64,000 bases of DNA, taken from contig JACRMA010000016.1 of assembly GCA_016235085.1 (NCBI GenBank), forward strand, positions 10,425 through 74,424. Direction: 5' to 3'. Origin of the DNA: Candidatus Zixiibacteriota bacterium (GTDB lineage: Bacteria > Zixibacteria > MSB-5A5 > WJJR01). Positions 41,723 through 51,827 of this stretch are shown piece after piece. Each line of letters starts with the position of its first letter. Within the stretch, counting starts at the first letter, position 1. The notes under the pieces were generated by a model. That model was not told the origin of the DNA. It searched no databases and saw nothing but the letters and a program-made list of their open reading frames with translations. The translations under genes were made by a program, and so were the position numbers.

Positions 41723-41890
41723 AGCGGAGACGTGGGGATTCGCCAACAGCTCGCTTCGGCAACCCCTTGAATCTCTTGTGATTGCATGGCTCTCCGGTGC
41801 CTTGACATGTTCGCCTGCGTCAAGTCCGTCGAGTTGCGTCGAGTTTCTTCAACCCTTGTGCACTTATTCGTTGGATGAGCGTTATGAAAA
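41723..41890 (-). repeat. Distal att-like site: tRNA-Ser 3'-end copy plus conserved arm
   Basis: 17/20 match to 50494-50513, followed by arm shared with 45818-45965 and 47790-47915. Confidence 0.8.
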
Positions 41891-42031
41891 ACGACACGCC
41901 CAAAGACTCTGTCGCCGAGCCTCGCAGGGATCATGTAAAGTGTTGATCAATACAACGCAATTTGACCGCACGCGTCGGCTCCCCGACAAATCGTCGTTGG
42001 TTTTCTGGAACCCTGACGGGATTATACCGTC

Positions 42032-43018
42032 ATGGTGAGTGAACCCGGCGCAACACCAGCATCGGCAACGAAAGACGAGATCCTCATCGGCATCTCGTCC
42101 TGCCTGCTCGGAGAGAAGGTTCGCTTCGACGGCGGACACAAGCATGACCGTTTCCTGACAGATACAGTTGGGCCCTTTGTCAGATTCACTCCCGTATGTC
42201 CGGAGGTCGACATCGGAATGGGCACTCCACGCGAGGCGATACATCTGGTTGCTTCCGAGGGCGGTGTCCGGCTCGTCGCACCGAAAAGCGGCGAGGACTA
42301 TACGGCCCGGATGACCCGATACGCCCGCCAGAAGTCGGCCGACTTGGCGGCCCTCAACCTGGATGGCTACATTCTCAAGAAAGATTCCCCGAGCTGCGGC
42401 ATGGAGCGCGTACGCGTCTACGGCACGAGCGGGATGGCCTCCCGCACTGGTACGGGACTCTTCGCCGCCGAGTTGATCGCTGCGTTCCCGCTCCTTCCAG
42501 TTGAGGAAGAGGGACGCTTGAATGATCCGCAGTTGCGCGAGAACTTCTTTGAGCGGGTCTTTGCCCACCGCCGGCTGAAGGCCTTCTTCGATGGTCGATG
42601 GAACGTCGGCGGTCTCGTGCGCTTCCATGCGGCAGAAAAGCTGCTCCTCCTGGCCCATGATCGTCCCGCACTGGCAGCGCTTGGCCGTCTCGTTGCCGGG
42701 GCAAAAGGTCGCCCAAGTGCCGGGCTGGCAGAAGAGTACCAAAACGCATTCATGCAGGGGCTCCGCAAGCTGGCAACCGTCCGGAAGCACACCAATGTTC
42801 TCCAGCACGCGGCGGGGTACTTCAAGAACCAGCTTGGCGCAGGCGAAAAGCAGGAGTTGAGCGGCGCGATTGAGGATTACCATCGGGGCCTGATACCTTT
42901 GATCGCGCCGTTGATCTTGATTCGGCACTATGTGCGTCTTCACGAGGTGGCGTATTTGGCTGGCCAGACTTACTTGGAACCGCATCCCAAGGAGCTGATG
43001 CTGCGGAATCACGTCTGA
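42032..43018 (+). CDS. ybgA: DUF523 (TudS)-DUF1722 fusion, YbgA/RudS-type thiouridine desulfidase
   Basis: GISSCLLG..VRFDGGH, CPEV, SPSCG, NVLQH..GYFK, YL..Q.YL.PHP. Confidence 0.9.
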   Translation: MVSEPGATPASATKDEILIGISSCLLGEKVRFDGGHKHDRFLTDTVGPFVRFTPVCPEVDIGMGTPREAIHLVASEGGVRLVAPKSGEDYTARMTRYARQKSADLAALNLDGYILKKDSPSCGMERVRVYGTSGMASRTGTGLFAAELIAAFPLLPVEEEGRLNDPQLRENFFERVFAHRRLKAFFDGRWNVGGLVRFHAAEKLLLLAHDRPALAALGRLVAGAKGRPSAGLAEEYQNAFMQGLRKLATVRKHTNVLQHAAGYFKNQLGAGEKQELSGAIEDYHRGLIPLIAPLILIRHYVRLHEVAYLAGQTYLEPHPKELMLRNHV

Positions 43019-43186
43019 CATCTGCATCCGCACTTCTTCTTCAAGCTGACGGATGGCTGTCGCCCTTTGGTGTGCTAAATGGCGAGACGAAACGCGCAGA
43101 CAAGCCGCTGGTCAGGATCGAACCAGCGTTCGGCAACCGGATCGACGGTGTCGCTCGAGGCATGATACTTTGAGGAGTAAATCGGC

Positions 43187-45496
43187 ATGATCACCGGCGT
43201 CAAGAGCCCCAATCGCGACTGCTTCGTCCTCGTTCTGATTCTTCTAGTCCAGCTCGCATCTCCGGTTCTGGCGCAGAACAATCCCAGACGCGGTTCCATG
43301 GTGGGGAGCGTGGTTGACGCCATAACCCGCGAAGCCTTGGCGGGGGCTTCGGTGCAGATCATGGGCACAAATCTCGGGGTGCAGACAGATACCACTGGAC
43401 GATTCAAAATCGAGAGTGTCCCTCTCGGTGAGTACTCGGTTCGGGCGTCGTATGTTGGTTATGCGGCGCTCGTCAAGACCGACATCAGCGCCGCGGCCGC
43501 CAGACCGCCTGAGGTCGAATTCGCCCTGCAGCCGATCCCGGTGGAAGGGCGAACGATTACAGTGACACCAGAATACTTTCCCAGAACCACCGAATCCCAA
43601 ATCAGCGTACAAAGTCAGTCGGCCGAGGAGATTCGCCGTCTGCCTGGTGGCTTCGAAGATGTCGTTCGCGCTGTCTCGATTCTCCCCGGAGTGGGACAGG
43701 CGCAGCCGGGACGCAATGACCTGATCGTTCGAGGTGGCGCCCCATCGGAGAACCTCTATGTTATCGACGATCTGGAAGTTCCCAACATCAATCACTTCGG
43801 CACCCAGGGTTTCGCCGGTGGTCCCTTGAGTTTCATCAACCTCGACTTCGTCCGAAGTACATCCTTTTCCTCGGGCGGTTTTGGCGCCCGCTACGGTGAC
43901 CGTCTGTCAAGTCTGCTGAAACTCGACTTGCGCGACGGACGCACCGATCGTCTCGGCGGCAAGGCGACCATTTCCTCTTCACAGTTTGGTCTGAATCTTG
44001 AAGGGCCGGTCCGTCAGAGAGGCTCCTATATACTGTCGGCCCGGCGTAGCTATCTCGACTTCATCTTCAAGGCGGCCGGCTTTTCGTTTGTCCCTGAATA
44101 CTGGGATTTCCTGGGCAAAACTGACTATCGGCTCGATCGCGCCAACAGCATCCGGATCCTTGGCATTGGGGCGCTCGACAGGACTCGATTTTTCAATGAC
44201 ACTCCCGATAGGCGGTTCGATAATTCGCGCGTTCTCGGCAGCAATCAGAATCAGGCGATCGGGTATGCCAGTTGGGAACACCTGTTCAAGAAAGGTTTTG
44301 CGACCCTCACTTTCGGTCAGACCTACACGGATTTCCGCTACCGGCAGGACGATTCGCTGCTGAATCCGGTCTTTCGGAACAACTCGTCCGAATCGGAGAC
44401 GTCGCTGCGCGGTGACTTGGTGCTGAGGCCGGCGCGCCGCACCACGGTCTCGGCGGGCGGGCAAGGAAGGCTTGGGGCGATCAACGCGAACTTGTTTGCT
44501 GCTCCGTTCGTCAACAGCTTTGGACAGGATGTTGCCGTGGATATTTCGCGCGACACGACCGCGATCAAATCGTCGGGCTACGTGCAATTGACTCAGGGCC
44601 TGAGCCGACTCAACCTGACAGGTGGGATGCGCTTCGATTACTTCAATTTGATCAAAGACAACTTCGTGGCGTCGCCGCGTTTCTCAGCCAGTTACGCATT
44701 GACGCCGACGCTGAATCTCAACACCGCCGCGGGGCTTTACTACCAGTCGCCCTCCTACATCTGGTTGCTGGCGAATCCCGAGAACGGGCAATTGAAGTTT
44801 GTCGGAGCCAACCAATACATCATCGGCGTCGATCACGTCCTATGGTCGGACACGAGAATGAGTGTTGAGTTCTATCTGAAGGACTACTTCGATTACCCGG
44901 CGAGCACGCGGCAGCCATACCTTGTCCTGGCCAACACGGGGGCCGGATATGGTGGACGGGATGAAGGGTTCGTCTCTTTTGGGATCGACCCACTTGTCAG
45001 TCGCGGCGCGGGGCGCTCCCGTGGTCTCGAGGTGTTGGTGCAGAAGAAACTCTCTGGGATTCCGTGTTACGGAATTCTGGCGGTGAGCTACGGCGAAACC
45101 AGGTTTCGCGGTGTCGACGGTGTTATGAGGCCGGGGAGCTACGACCAGCGCTTGATTGCGAATCTCGGAGGCGGGTATATCTTCAATGAGAAATGGGAAC
45201 TGAGCACCAAGTTCCGTTTCGCCACAGGGTCACCCTACACGCCGTACAACGCCGATGGCACGCAGTCACCATCCGCTTACAACTCTGTGCGCCTTCCAGC
45301 CAACCACAGCCTTGATCTGCGAGTCGACCGGCGCTGGAATTTCGCTGGCTGGACGATGATCACCTACTTGGATCTTCAGAATGTCTACAACCACAAGCCT
45401 CATCAGGTGCCGCGCTTCAACACCCGGACGCATAGGGTTGAAGAGAACAGTGGCATCGGCATTCTTCCCGCCATCGGCATCAGCGCGGAGTTCTGA
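43187..45496 (+). CDS. TonB-dependent outer-membrane receptor
   Basis: CarboxypepD_reg-like N-domain, plug IVRGG..ENL, C-terminal Phe. Confidence 0.9.
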   Translation: MITGVKSPNRDCFVLVLILLVQLASPVLAQNNPRRGSMVGSVVDAITREALAGASVQIMGTNLGVQTDTTGRFKIESVPLGEYSVRASYVGYAALVKTDISAAAARPPEVEFALQPIPVEGRTITVTPEYFPRTTESQISVQSQSAEEIRRLPGGFEDVVRAVSILPGVGQAQPGRNDLIVRGGAPSENLYVIDDLEVPNINHFGTQGFAGGPLSFINLDFVRSTSFSSGGFGARYGDRLSSLLKLDLRDGRTDRLGGKATISSSQFGLNLEGPVRQRGSYILSARRSYLDFIFKAAGFSFVPEYWDFLGKTDYRLDRANSIRILGIGALDRTRFFNDTPDRRFDNSRVLGSNQNQAIGYASWEHLFKKGFATLTFGQTYTDFRYRQDDSLLNPVFRNNSSESETSLRGDLVLRPARRTTVSAGGQGRLGAINANLFAAPFVNSFGQDVAVDISRDTTAIKSSGYVQLTQGLSRLNLTGGMRFDYFNLIKDNFVASPRFSASYALTPTLNLNTAAGLYYQSPSYIWLLANPENGQLKFVGANQYIIGVDHVLWSDTRMSVEFYLKDYFDYPASTRQPYLVLANTGAGYGGRDEGFVSFGIDPLVSRGAGRSRGLEVLVQKKLSGIPCYGILAVSYGETRFRGVDGVMRPGSYDQRLIANLGGGYIFNEKWELSTKFRFATGSPYTPYNADGTQSPSAYNSVRLPANHSLDLRVDRRWNFAGWTMITYLDLQNVYNHKPHQVPRFNTRTHRVEENSGIGILPAIGISAEF

Positions 45497-45716
45497 GGCT
45501 GTATCGACTCGCGCGTCTGTTCAGCACTCATTCGACAGGCAAGAGCACTTGGCCACGCCATGGCTCGCTAGATTGGCCACATTACAAGGAGCGCTTCAGG
45601 TTCGAGGAATTTCCCCTCCGCTGGTGAGCGCGATCTTGCCCGTGTAGCTAAGTCGCTGTCCGACAATTGGGCTCTCGTCCAAATGGCAGCCAAAATCTGC
45701 GCCATCAACGACGGTT

Positions 45717-45965
45717 CGTTAGAAAGCCGTTAGAGGCGGAGAATTACTTCCTCGTAAATTATTGTTGGATAACGAGATAACTCGTTAGAAAAAGGACTTC
45801 GGAGAGGCCGGGATTCGCAAACGGCATTTTCCGGCAACTCCTTGAATTGCTTATAATTGCATGATTTTCAAGCGCTTTGAAGTGTTCACTTGCTTCAAGT
45901 TCCGTCAACTTGCGTCGAGTTTCTTCAACTTCCGTGCACTTGTCCGCTAGAAGGGCGTTAGAAAG
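45717..45965 (-). repeat. Two-armed attP-like junction
   Basis: 18/18 tRNA-end core at 45800-45817; CG(T/C)TAGA repeats at 45717, 45728, 45783, 45945, 45956. Confidence 0.82.
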
Positions 45966-46123
45966 GGCAGAGCAAGAACTCGTCGAGACGAAGGCGAGTG
46001 TGTCGGTTCAGCCAAGATCGGACCACAAGGACTCCAAGCTCAGACGTGGCCTTGCCAGACTATTCCTAGCAAAGGGAGTGGCCGATGAGCCAGTCACACG
46101 ACCACAATCCGTGCCAGCTTGCC

Positions 46124-47404
46124 TCAGGGGATGATTCCCCATGAAATCCACACGAAGACAACGGCCAGTCCTATTAGTGAGATCAGGGTATAATGGATTC
46201 TTCCGATCACACCCCAGAAACCTCTTTTCCATGCGATCCAGTTGAAATAGAGCAACGCGGCGATCAGCGCAGTGTTTAGCCAGGGCAAGATCAGAAGAAC
46301 GAACCGGAGCAGACCGCCTCGGTCGGCCGTTTGCTGTTGTCCATAGGGGATCAGTTCCGGAAAACGCAGGAGAATGACAAGATACGCGAAGTCCAGCACG
46401 CAAAGCGCGCCGACGATGAGCACAGAGGCAACGGCAGGTTTCCAGGGCGTTTTGGGTTCCCCTGACTTCGCTTTGACGATTCTCCTGTAGAGGAGGCGGC
46501 CAGCCCAGAACACCGGCGACAGGAAGAAGAACAGCATGCTAAAGCTCAGGAAATACGCCGTTCCCATGTTGGCAAAGAATCTGACTCCCAGCTTCTCCGG
46601 GAAAAGAGGTCGCATGTCGACGTGATGAGGCCCTTTGGCGAGTTCCTCAGCGAGATTCATCTCGATGACGTGGGCGAAATCGTGGAAGTGGTAGAAGTAG
46701 ATCTGCCTCGAGTTCAGGTCCAGGATATAGGAATACTGGGTGGTCTTCAGATGAACGGCATCCAAAGCATCCCGGCAAGATGCGACGGTCAGGTCTCCCA
46801 TCCTCTGTACCAGACTATCGATCTTCCGGTAACGCCAGCAGGAAGGGACAGCGCCCCCCAGTTCGGATTGGCGGAAATTGGTGCATATCTGGTAGTGGCC
46901 ATTGCCCCTGACCAATTTCTCGCCCTCGATAACGACCGATTCACCGTGCCGGTCACCAAACATCCACATGGCATGGTGAAGGGGCAGGTGGTATCGCTCG
47001 GCGAGTGCTGCCACCTCTTCCACGTTGTCGCACTCGGCGAGTGCCTTATCGGGAAAGCCAACCGCTTCTTGATAGAGTGGTTTGTTCAGAGGATTGGCGT
47101 CCGGTATGGTTGGAGCACCGAACCCGTCGAAGAACAATCCCTGGTCGTTCATGCCTCCTTCATGGGATTCTGCCTGAGAGGAGCCCCCGAAGCCAAAATA
47201 GACCACGCCATGCTCGCTGGTAGACGCCGGGATGAACCATACCCGCACGTTTGTCTGTATCCAATCCTCATTGTTGCCCACCAGCACATGGTTACCCTTC
47301 TTGATGAGGAAAGCGGAACAGGCCCAGGAATCCCTGTAGAAGAGAAGGGTCAAAGCACATGCGATAAGAAGAAGATGCTTCAGCGAAAACCTGTTCTTAC
47401 CCAT
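46124..47404 (-). CDS. Ntn-hydrolase (C45/choloylglycine hydrolase-like) with C-terminal TM helices
   Basis: Signal peptide ending A|CSAF, GNNEDW, GGMNDQGL, TNF, TQYS. Confidence 0.82.
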   Translation of the reverse strand: MGKNRFSLKHLLLIACALTLLFYRDSWACSAFLIKKGNHVLVGNNEDWIQTNVRVWFIPASTSEHGVVYFGFGGSSQAESHEGGMNDQGLFFDGFGAPTIPDANPLNKPLYQEAVGFPDKALAECDNVEEVAALAERYHLPLHHAMWMFGDRHGESVVIEGEKLVRGNGHYQICTNFRQSELGGAVPSCWRYRKIDSLVQRMGDLTVASCRDALDAVHLKTTQYSYILDLNSRQIYFYHFHDFAHVIEMNLAEELAKGPHHVDMRPLFPEKLGVRFFANMGTAYFLSFSMLFFFLSPVFWAGRLLYRRIVKAKSGEPKTPWKPAVASVLIVGALCVLDFAYLVILLRFPELIPYGQQQTADRGGLLRFVLLILPWLNTALIAALLYFNWIAWKRGFWGVIGRIHYTLISLIGLAVVFVWISWGIIP

Positions 47405-47525
47405 TCCTCCGTCCTGGCTTTTTGTTTCCGGGACACTCGGCATCGGTCACCAGATACACCTCGCCCATGCCGCCTTCACCGGGCTTGGCAGTGATCTTGT
47501 AGTGGCTGATGGTCTGCCCGATCAT
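47397..47525 (-). pseudogene. 42-codon remnant of a Ser/Thr kinase 5' end
   Basis: MIGQTISHYKITAKPGEGGMGEVYLVTDA, near-identical to the start of the 50247 kinase. Confidence 0.85.
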
Positions 47526-47769
47526 AATCGGGACCTTCACAGTGCTATGGCGAACGATTCACAATTAACCTGTGGCGGTCAGTTGCCACAATGCAGATCG
47601 GTGGATTGGTTACCGGTGGGATTGGCGTGCGGGGAGTGAAAAAGACCCGTGAGAACGCTACTTCAGCGAACGTCCAAGAGAATGACCGTCTGGGAGGGCA
47701 GGGGTTCGAGCAATTTCCCCGCAGGCACGCTGGAGAACGCTCGTATCACTTTGTCGTGCAAAAAATTAC

Positions 47770-47915
47770 AGCGGAGAGGCCGGAATTCGCAACCGACGTT
47801 TTCTAGTAACCCCTTGAATCTCTTGTAATTGCATGAACTTCAAGCACTTTGACGTGTTCGCTTGCGTCAACTTCCGACAACTTGCGTCGAGTTTCTTCAA
47901 CTTCCGTGCACTTGT
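47770..47915 (-). repeat. Proximal att-like site with truncated arm
   Basis: 19/20 match to tRNA 3' end; arm runs directly into kinase coding sequence. Confidence 0.82.
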
Positions 47916-50247
47916 ACCAGGATATAAATCGAGGCGAGATCGTTGATACGGTCAGACCCGGCGTAGGCATCCTTCGATATCGGATAGAGTTCAAGACCTT
48001 TCTTTCCTTCGCGGATTGCATCTTCCTTCCGACCCAGGCCTGCATAGACGATTCCCAGCGCACTGTGAATGCGATGATCTCCAGGACGCTTCCTGAGTTC
48101 ACCATCCAGGAGCACCAGCGCGGTATCAAAGTACGCACGCGCACGGATATAGTCTTTCATGTAGTGGCAGATCAGCGCTGTGGATTGAGCTTTGGGGACA
48201 AAAGTTGTCTGATCCGGATCGGGAATGGGAGGCAAGTCTGCAAGGGCATTGATGGCACCTTGAAAGTCCCGTTCCAAAGTGAGGAGCCACGCCCATCTTA
48301 GATGTGCTGCCGTTTCATCCTGTTGTGGAAGTGATGCCAAGACGACCCAGGCGGCTGCCGTATCGCCTCGAGACTTCACAAGATTGTCTACCTTGAACAG
48401 ATACCCATTCAGTGCATCCGGACTCATTGACATGAGAAGGTCACAGTACTTGCTCGCCGTCGGGTAGTCCCTGATGAGCTCGTAAGTCGAGGCAAGTTCC
48501 ATGGCCATATCTCCGTCTCTTGGATTCAGCTCGAGTATCCGAGACAGGTTCTCAATCGCGGCTCTGAATTTGCCCTGGCGCCGCCAAATGTACGCCTTGG
48601 CAGTCAGAATTTCTGGATCGCGGCCGCCTTGGCCTTGGCGAGGCGTTCCGGCGTAGGGTCAATGCCGTAATGGACCATCCCGGCGTGCGCTCGCGAGAGA
48701 CGGGCATAGGCCAGGGCAAAAGTGGAATCAAGGTCGACCGCTCGCTGAAACATCGCCAACGCCGACTCTACATTCCGTTGAAATCCCGAATTGGCTCCCC
48801 GACTGTAGTCCAGACCGCGCAGATACGCTTGGTACGCATCCAGATTTCGTGTCGGCATTGCCCCCAGAGCAGCTAGTTCCGGACTGATCAATGTGATATT
48901 CATCGCCTCGGCAATTCGAGTGGCTATGTCCGCCTGCACTGCAAAGATGTCGGTCAGCGGGCGCTGGTATGTCTCCGCCCACAGGTGCGTGTCATCGGAC
49001 ACCCGGATCAATTGTGGCAGAATCCGGACGCGACTGGTGTCGCGGCTGTTGTCCCAGAGAATCGTTCCTTCCAGAACATAATCGACGCCCAATTCCTTGG
49101 CGACCTCACGAAGGTTCTTCGTCGTGTTCTTGTACTGCATCGTACTGGTGCGTGAAATCACACCGAGCTCGCGGATCGCTGCCAGTCTTCCGGTGATCTC
49201 ATCGGTGATCCCGTCGGCGAAGTACTCTTGGTCCGGGGACCCCAGGTTCTCAAACGGCAAGACCGCCAGCATCTTGCGGTCCGCCGAGGATTTTGAATTC
49301 GGACCTTTGATAATGCGGGGCGCCAAGAATGCGATTGACATCGCCAGGATCGCGACTACGACCACACTGACGAGTGCGACAACAATCGATCGCTTTCTCG
49401 AGGGTCGTGCCGGACCAATTCCGGAGCTGCCCTGGCGTGCAAACTGCAATGCGCAAAGATCAGCCGCCAAGTCCGCAGCCGATTGGTACCGTTCGGCGGG
49501 CCGCTTGGCCAGACACTTGCTGACGATCCGCTGAAGCTCATCGGGGACGTCGGCCTTGTAGCGTTTCAGCGGCTCCGGGTGTTCGTGCATAATCGCATAG
49601 GCGATTGCCGCCTCGTGTTCCCCGGAGAATGGAAGCCTGCGGGCGATCGTCTCGTACAGCACGACACCAAAGCTGAACAGATCAGACCGGTGGTCTGCTT
49701 CCTTGGCTTGCGCCTGCTCCGGCGACATGTAGGCGGCCGTCCCGGTGGTCGATCCAGTCTGCGTGAGTTTCGCCGCCCCCTTGAGCTTGGCCAGTCCGAA
49801 GTCGAGAATCTTAAGATCACCCTGGTCGCTGACCAAGATGTTCGATGGCTTCAAGTCGCGGTGGACCACACCCGACCGGTGGGCTCTTTCCAGCCCGGCG
49901 ACAATGCGCATTGCCAGATGCAGAATCTCATCCAGCGTTGGATCCTTATCGCGGAGGTACTCGGGGAGTGTCCCCCCCTTGACATACTCCATCACAATGA
50001 AATCACGGTCATCAATTTCTTCGATCGAGTACACGGTCACGATGTTGGGGTGATTCAGCTGCGAGACCGCTTGCGCCTCCCGCAGCAGACGCGCTCTGGC
50101 CTCCGGGTCGTGCGACAAATTCGCAGGAAGAAACTTCAGCGCCACCCGGCGATTCAGCTTTGCGTCCGTAGCCAGATACACCTCGCCCATCCCGCCTTCG
50201 CCCAGCTTGGCGGTGATCTTGTAGTGGCTGATGGTTTGACCGATCAT
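47897..50247 (-). pseudogene. Hanks-type Ser/Thr kinase-TM-TolB_N-like-TPR protein, frameshifted near 48618 and 3'-truncated
   Basis: GEGGMG, HRDLKPSN, DFG, SPEQ, AVLPFEN; TPR continues in another frame (DPEILTAKAYIWRRQG). Confidence 0.85.
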
Positions 50248-50495
50248 AATCGGGACCTACACCGCGCTATGTCGAACAACTGACAATTAACCTACGGGTG
50301 GCCGCCGCCACAACGCAGATTGGTCATTTGCCACGAACTGGATCGTGGAAGGGAGGGATGACAACTACTGTGACCACGCGCGTTCAGGATCGAGTCAGAC
50401 CCGAAAAAGGACGAAGGTCAGTGAGGGAGGCCTTCGGGCATGCTCCTCGCCGCGGACCGCGCGTGGCTGCAGTGATTTGAGGGTCAATTGGTTAG

Positions 50496-50582
50496 CGGAG
50501 AGGCCGGGATTCGAACCCGGGGGCGAGTTTCCCCGCCAACTGCTTAGCAGGCAGCTGCCTTCGGCCGCTCGGCCACCTCTCC
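50496..50582 (-). tRNA. tRNA-Ser(GCT), CCA not encoded
   Basis: GGAGAGG/CCTCTCC acceptor stem, CT-GCT-AA anticodon loop, long variable arm, GGTTCGAATCC. Confidence 0.96.
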
Positions 50583-50744
50583 TGGAACTATGGCAATCTT
50601 CGTTCCGGCTTCGGTGTTGTACACCGCATCCGTCCGGAGATCGTGGCGGAATGTAAGCGGCCAGAGGCGCACACTCAACCCAAAACTGGGCGGGTGAGCC
50701 TGGTGGGCGGAGCCCACCATACTAACCAGTCCAGGGGGCTGAAA

Positions 50745-50969
50745 GGGCCTGTTGAAGAACTCGTCCCAAATGTCGCTGTAGTTGCGTCAGGGGGAGATTG
50801 CTTCGTCGCGCCCTCCGCCTTCGGCGGAGACGCTCCTCGCAACGACAACAGTGCCTTCGCACCGCCAACGACAAGTGTGATGTCGTTGCGAGGCGCGGCT
50901 CTTTGCGCCGAAGCAATCTCCCCCCTACACAACTGCCGACGCGTTTCGGGGGGCTTCTTCAACACGCCC
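50745..50969. mobile_element. MITE-like element with 15-bp TIRs enclosing a GTCGTTGCGAG/AGATTGCTTCG-family palindrome pair
   Basis: GGGCCTGTTGAAGAA ... TTCTTCAACACGCCC (14/15); no ORF. Confidence 0.65.
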
Positions 50970-51062
50970 CAAAGCCGGTTGTCCGCGAGCCTGAGGTTGC
51001 GGATGAACTCAGTTCAAGGGGCTGAAAGCCCCTTGTCCGCCAGGCTGGGGACGACGGACGAA

Positions 51063-51824
51063 TTAGTTTTGTGGAAATGGAGAGATAGGCGGTTCGGCGA
51101 CTATGCGGCCATCGCGGAGGATCGGGACGATGGGGACCGAGTCGATTGCGCCGCAGACTGAGAGGTCGGCGCCGAAGCCGATTTCGATCAGATAGATGCC
51201 ATGCTGCGATTGCCAGAGAGGCATCACCGGGTCGGACTTGTACTGGTCCCAGAGAACTTGAGCGGCACGTGCGCCGTCGTTGACCAGTTCCAACTCCGGG
51301 TCGGTTTCCCATAGCTTGCTGATAATCGCCCCCGCACCGACCGCATCTTCCAGCGAGAAGCCATTCTCCTTGCCCGCGCAGGCAATGAGTACAGGCTGAT
51401 CGTGTTGGACGATCGAGTGTGCGAGCGCGGAGACATTGACCAGTCCGCCGACCAGCACGGTCGCGTCCCTGGGGGCCGCCGTCAGTGCCACCGAACCGTT
51501 GGTCGAAGCAAAGATCAGAGTACGGCCACCGACTTTCTCGGTGGTGTACTCAGCCGGGGAATTGCCCAGATCGAATCCGTCGAGTTTGCGCCCGCCACGC
51601 TCTCCGCATAACATCGCATTCCGCATATCGGTGCGACCTAGCAGCACGCGTGCTGCCTCGATGTCGCCAACGGGAATCACCGATTCGGCGCCATGCGACA
51701 GGGCGGTGCAGATAACCGTTGACGCCCGAAGAATGTCGACGACGACGTAAGTAACCGGCCCGCCTTCGAAGAGCGACAACTCACGCGCCAGCGTGCCGGG
51801 GACCAGATTGACGGCGATGTGCAC
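51063..51824 (-). CDS. comB: 2-phosphosulfolactate phosphatase family protein
   Basis: VDILRAST, GERGG, GNSP.E, STNGS, ED..GAG. Confidence 0.9.
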   Translation of the reverse strand: MHIAVNLVPGTLARELSLFEGGPVTYVVVDILRASTVICTALSHGAESVIPVGDIEAARVLLGRTDMRNAMLCGERGGRKLDGFDLGNSPAEYTTEKVGGRTLIFASTNGSVALTAAPRDATVLVGGLVNVSALAHSIVQHDQPVLIACAGKENGFSLEDAVGAGAIISKLWETDPELELVNDGARAAQVLWDQYKSDPVMPLWQSQHGIYLIEIGFGADLSVCGAIDSVPIVPILRDGRIVAEPPISPFPQN

Positions 51825-51827
51825 GGC

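Noticed and set aside
41723..47915. Integron attC array
   Set aside because: Repeats lack RYYYAAC/GTTRRRY palindromic ends and begin with tRNA sequence; no intI.
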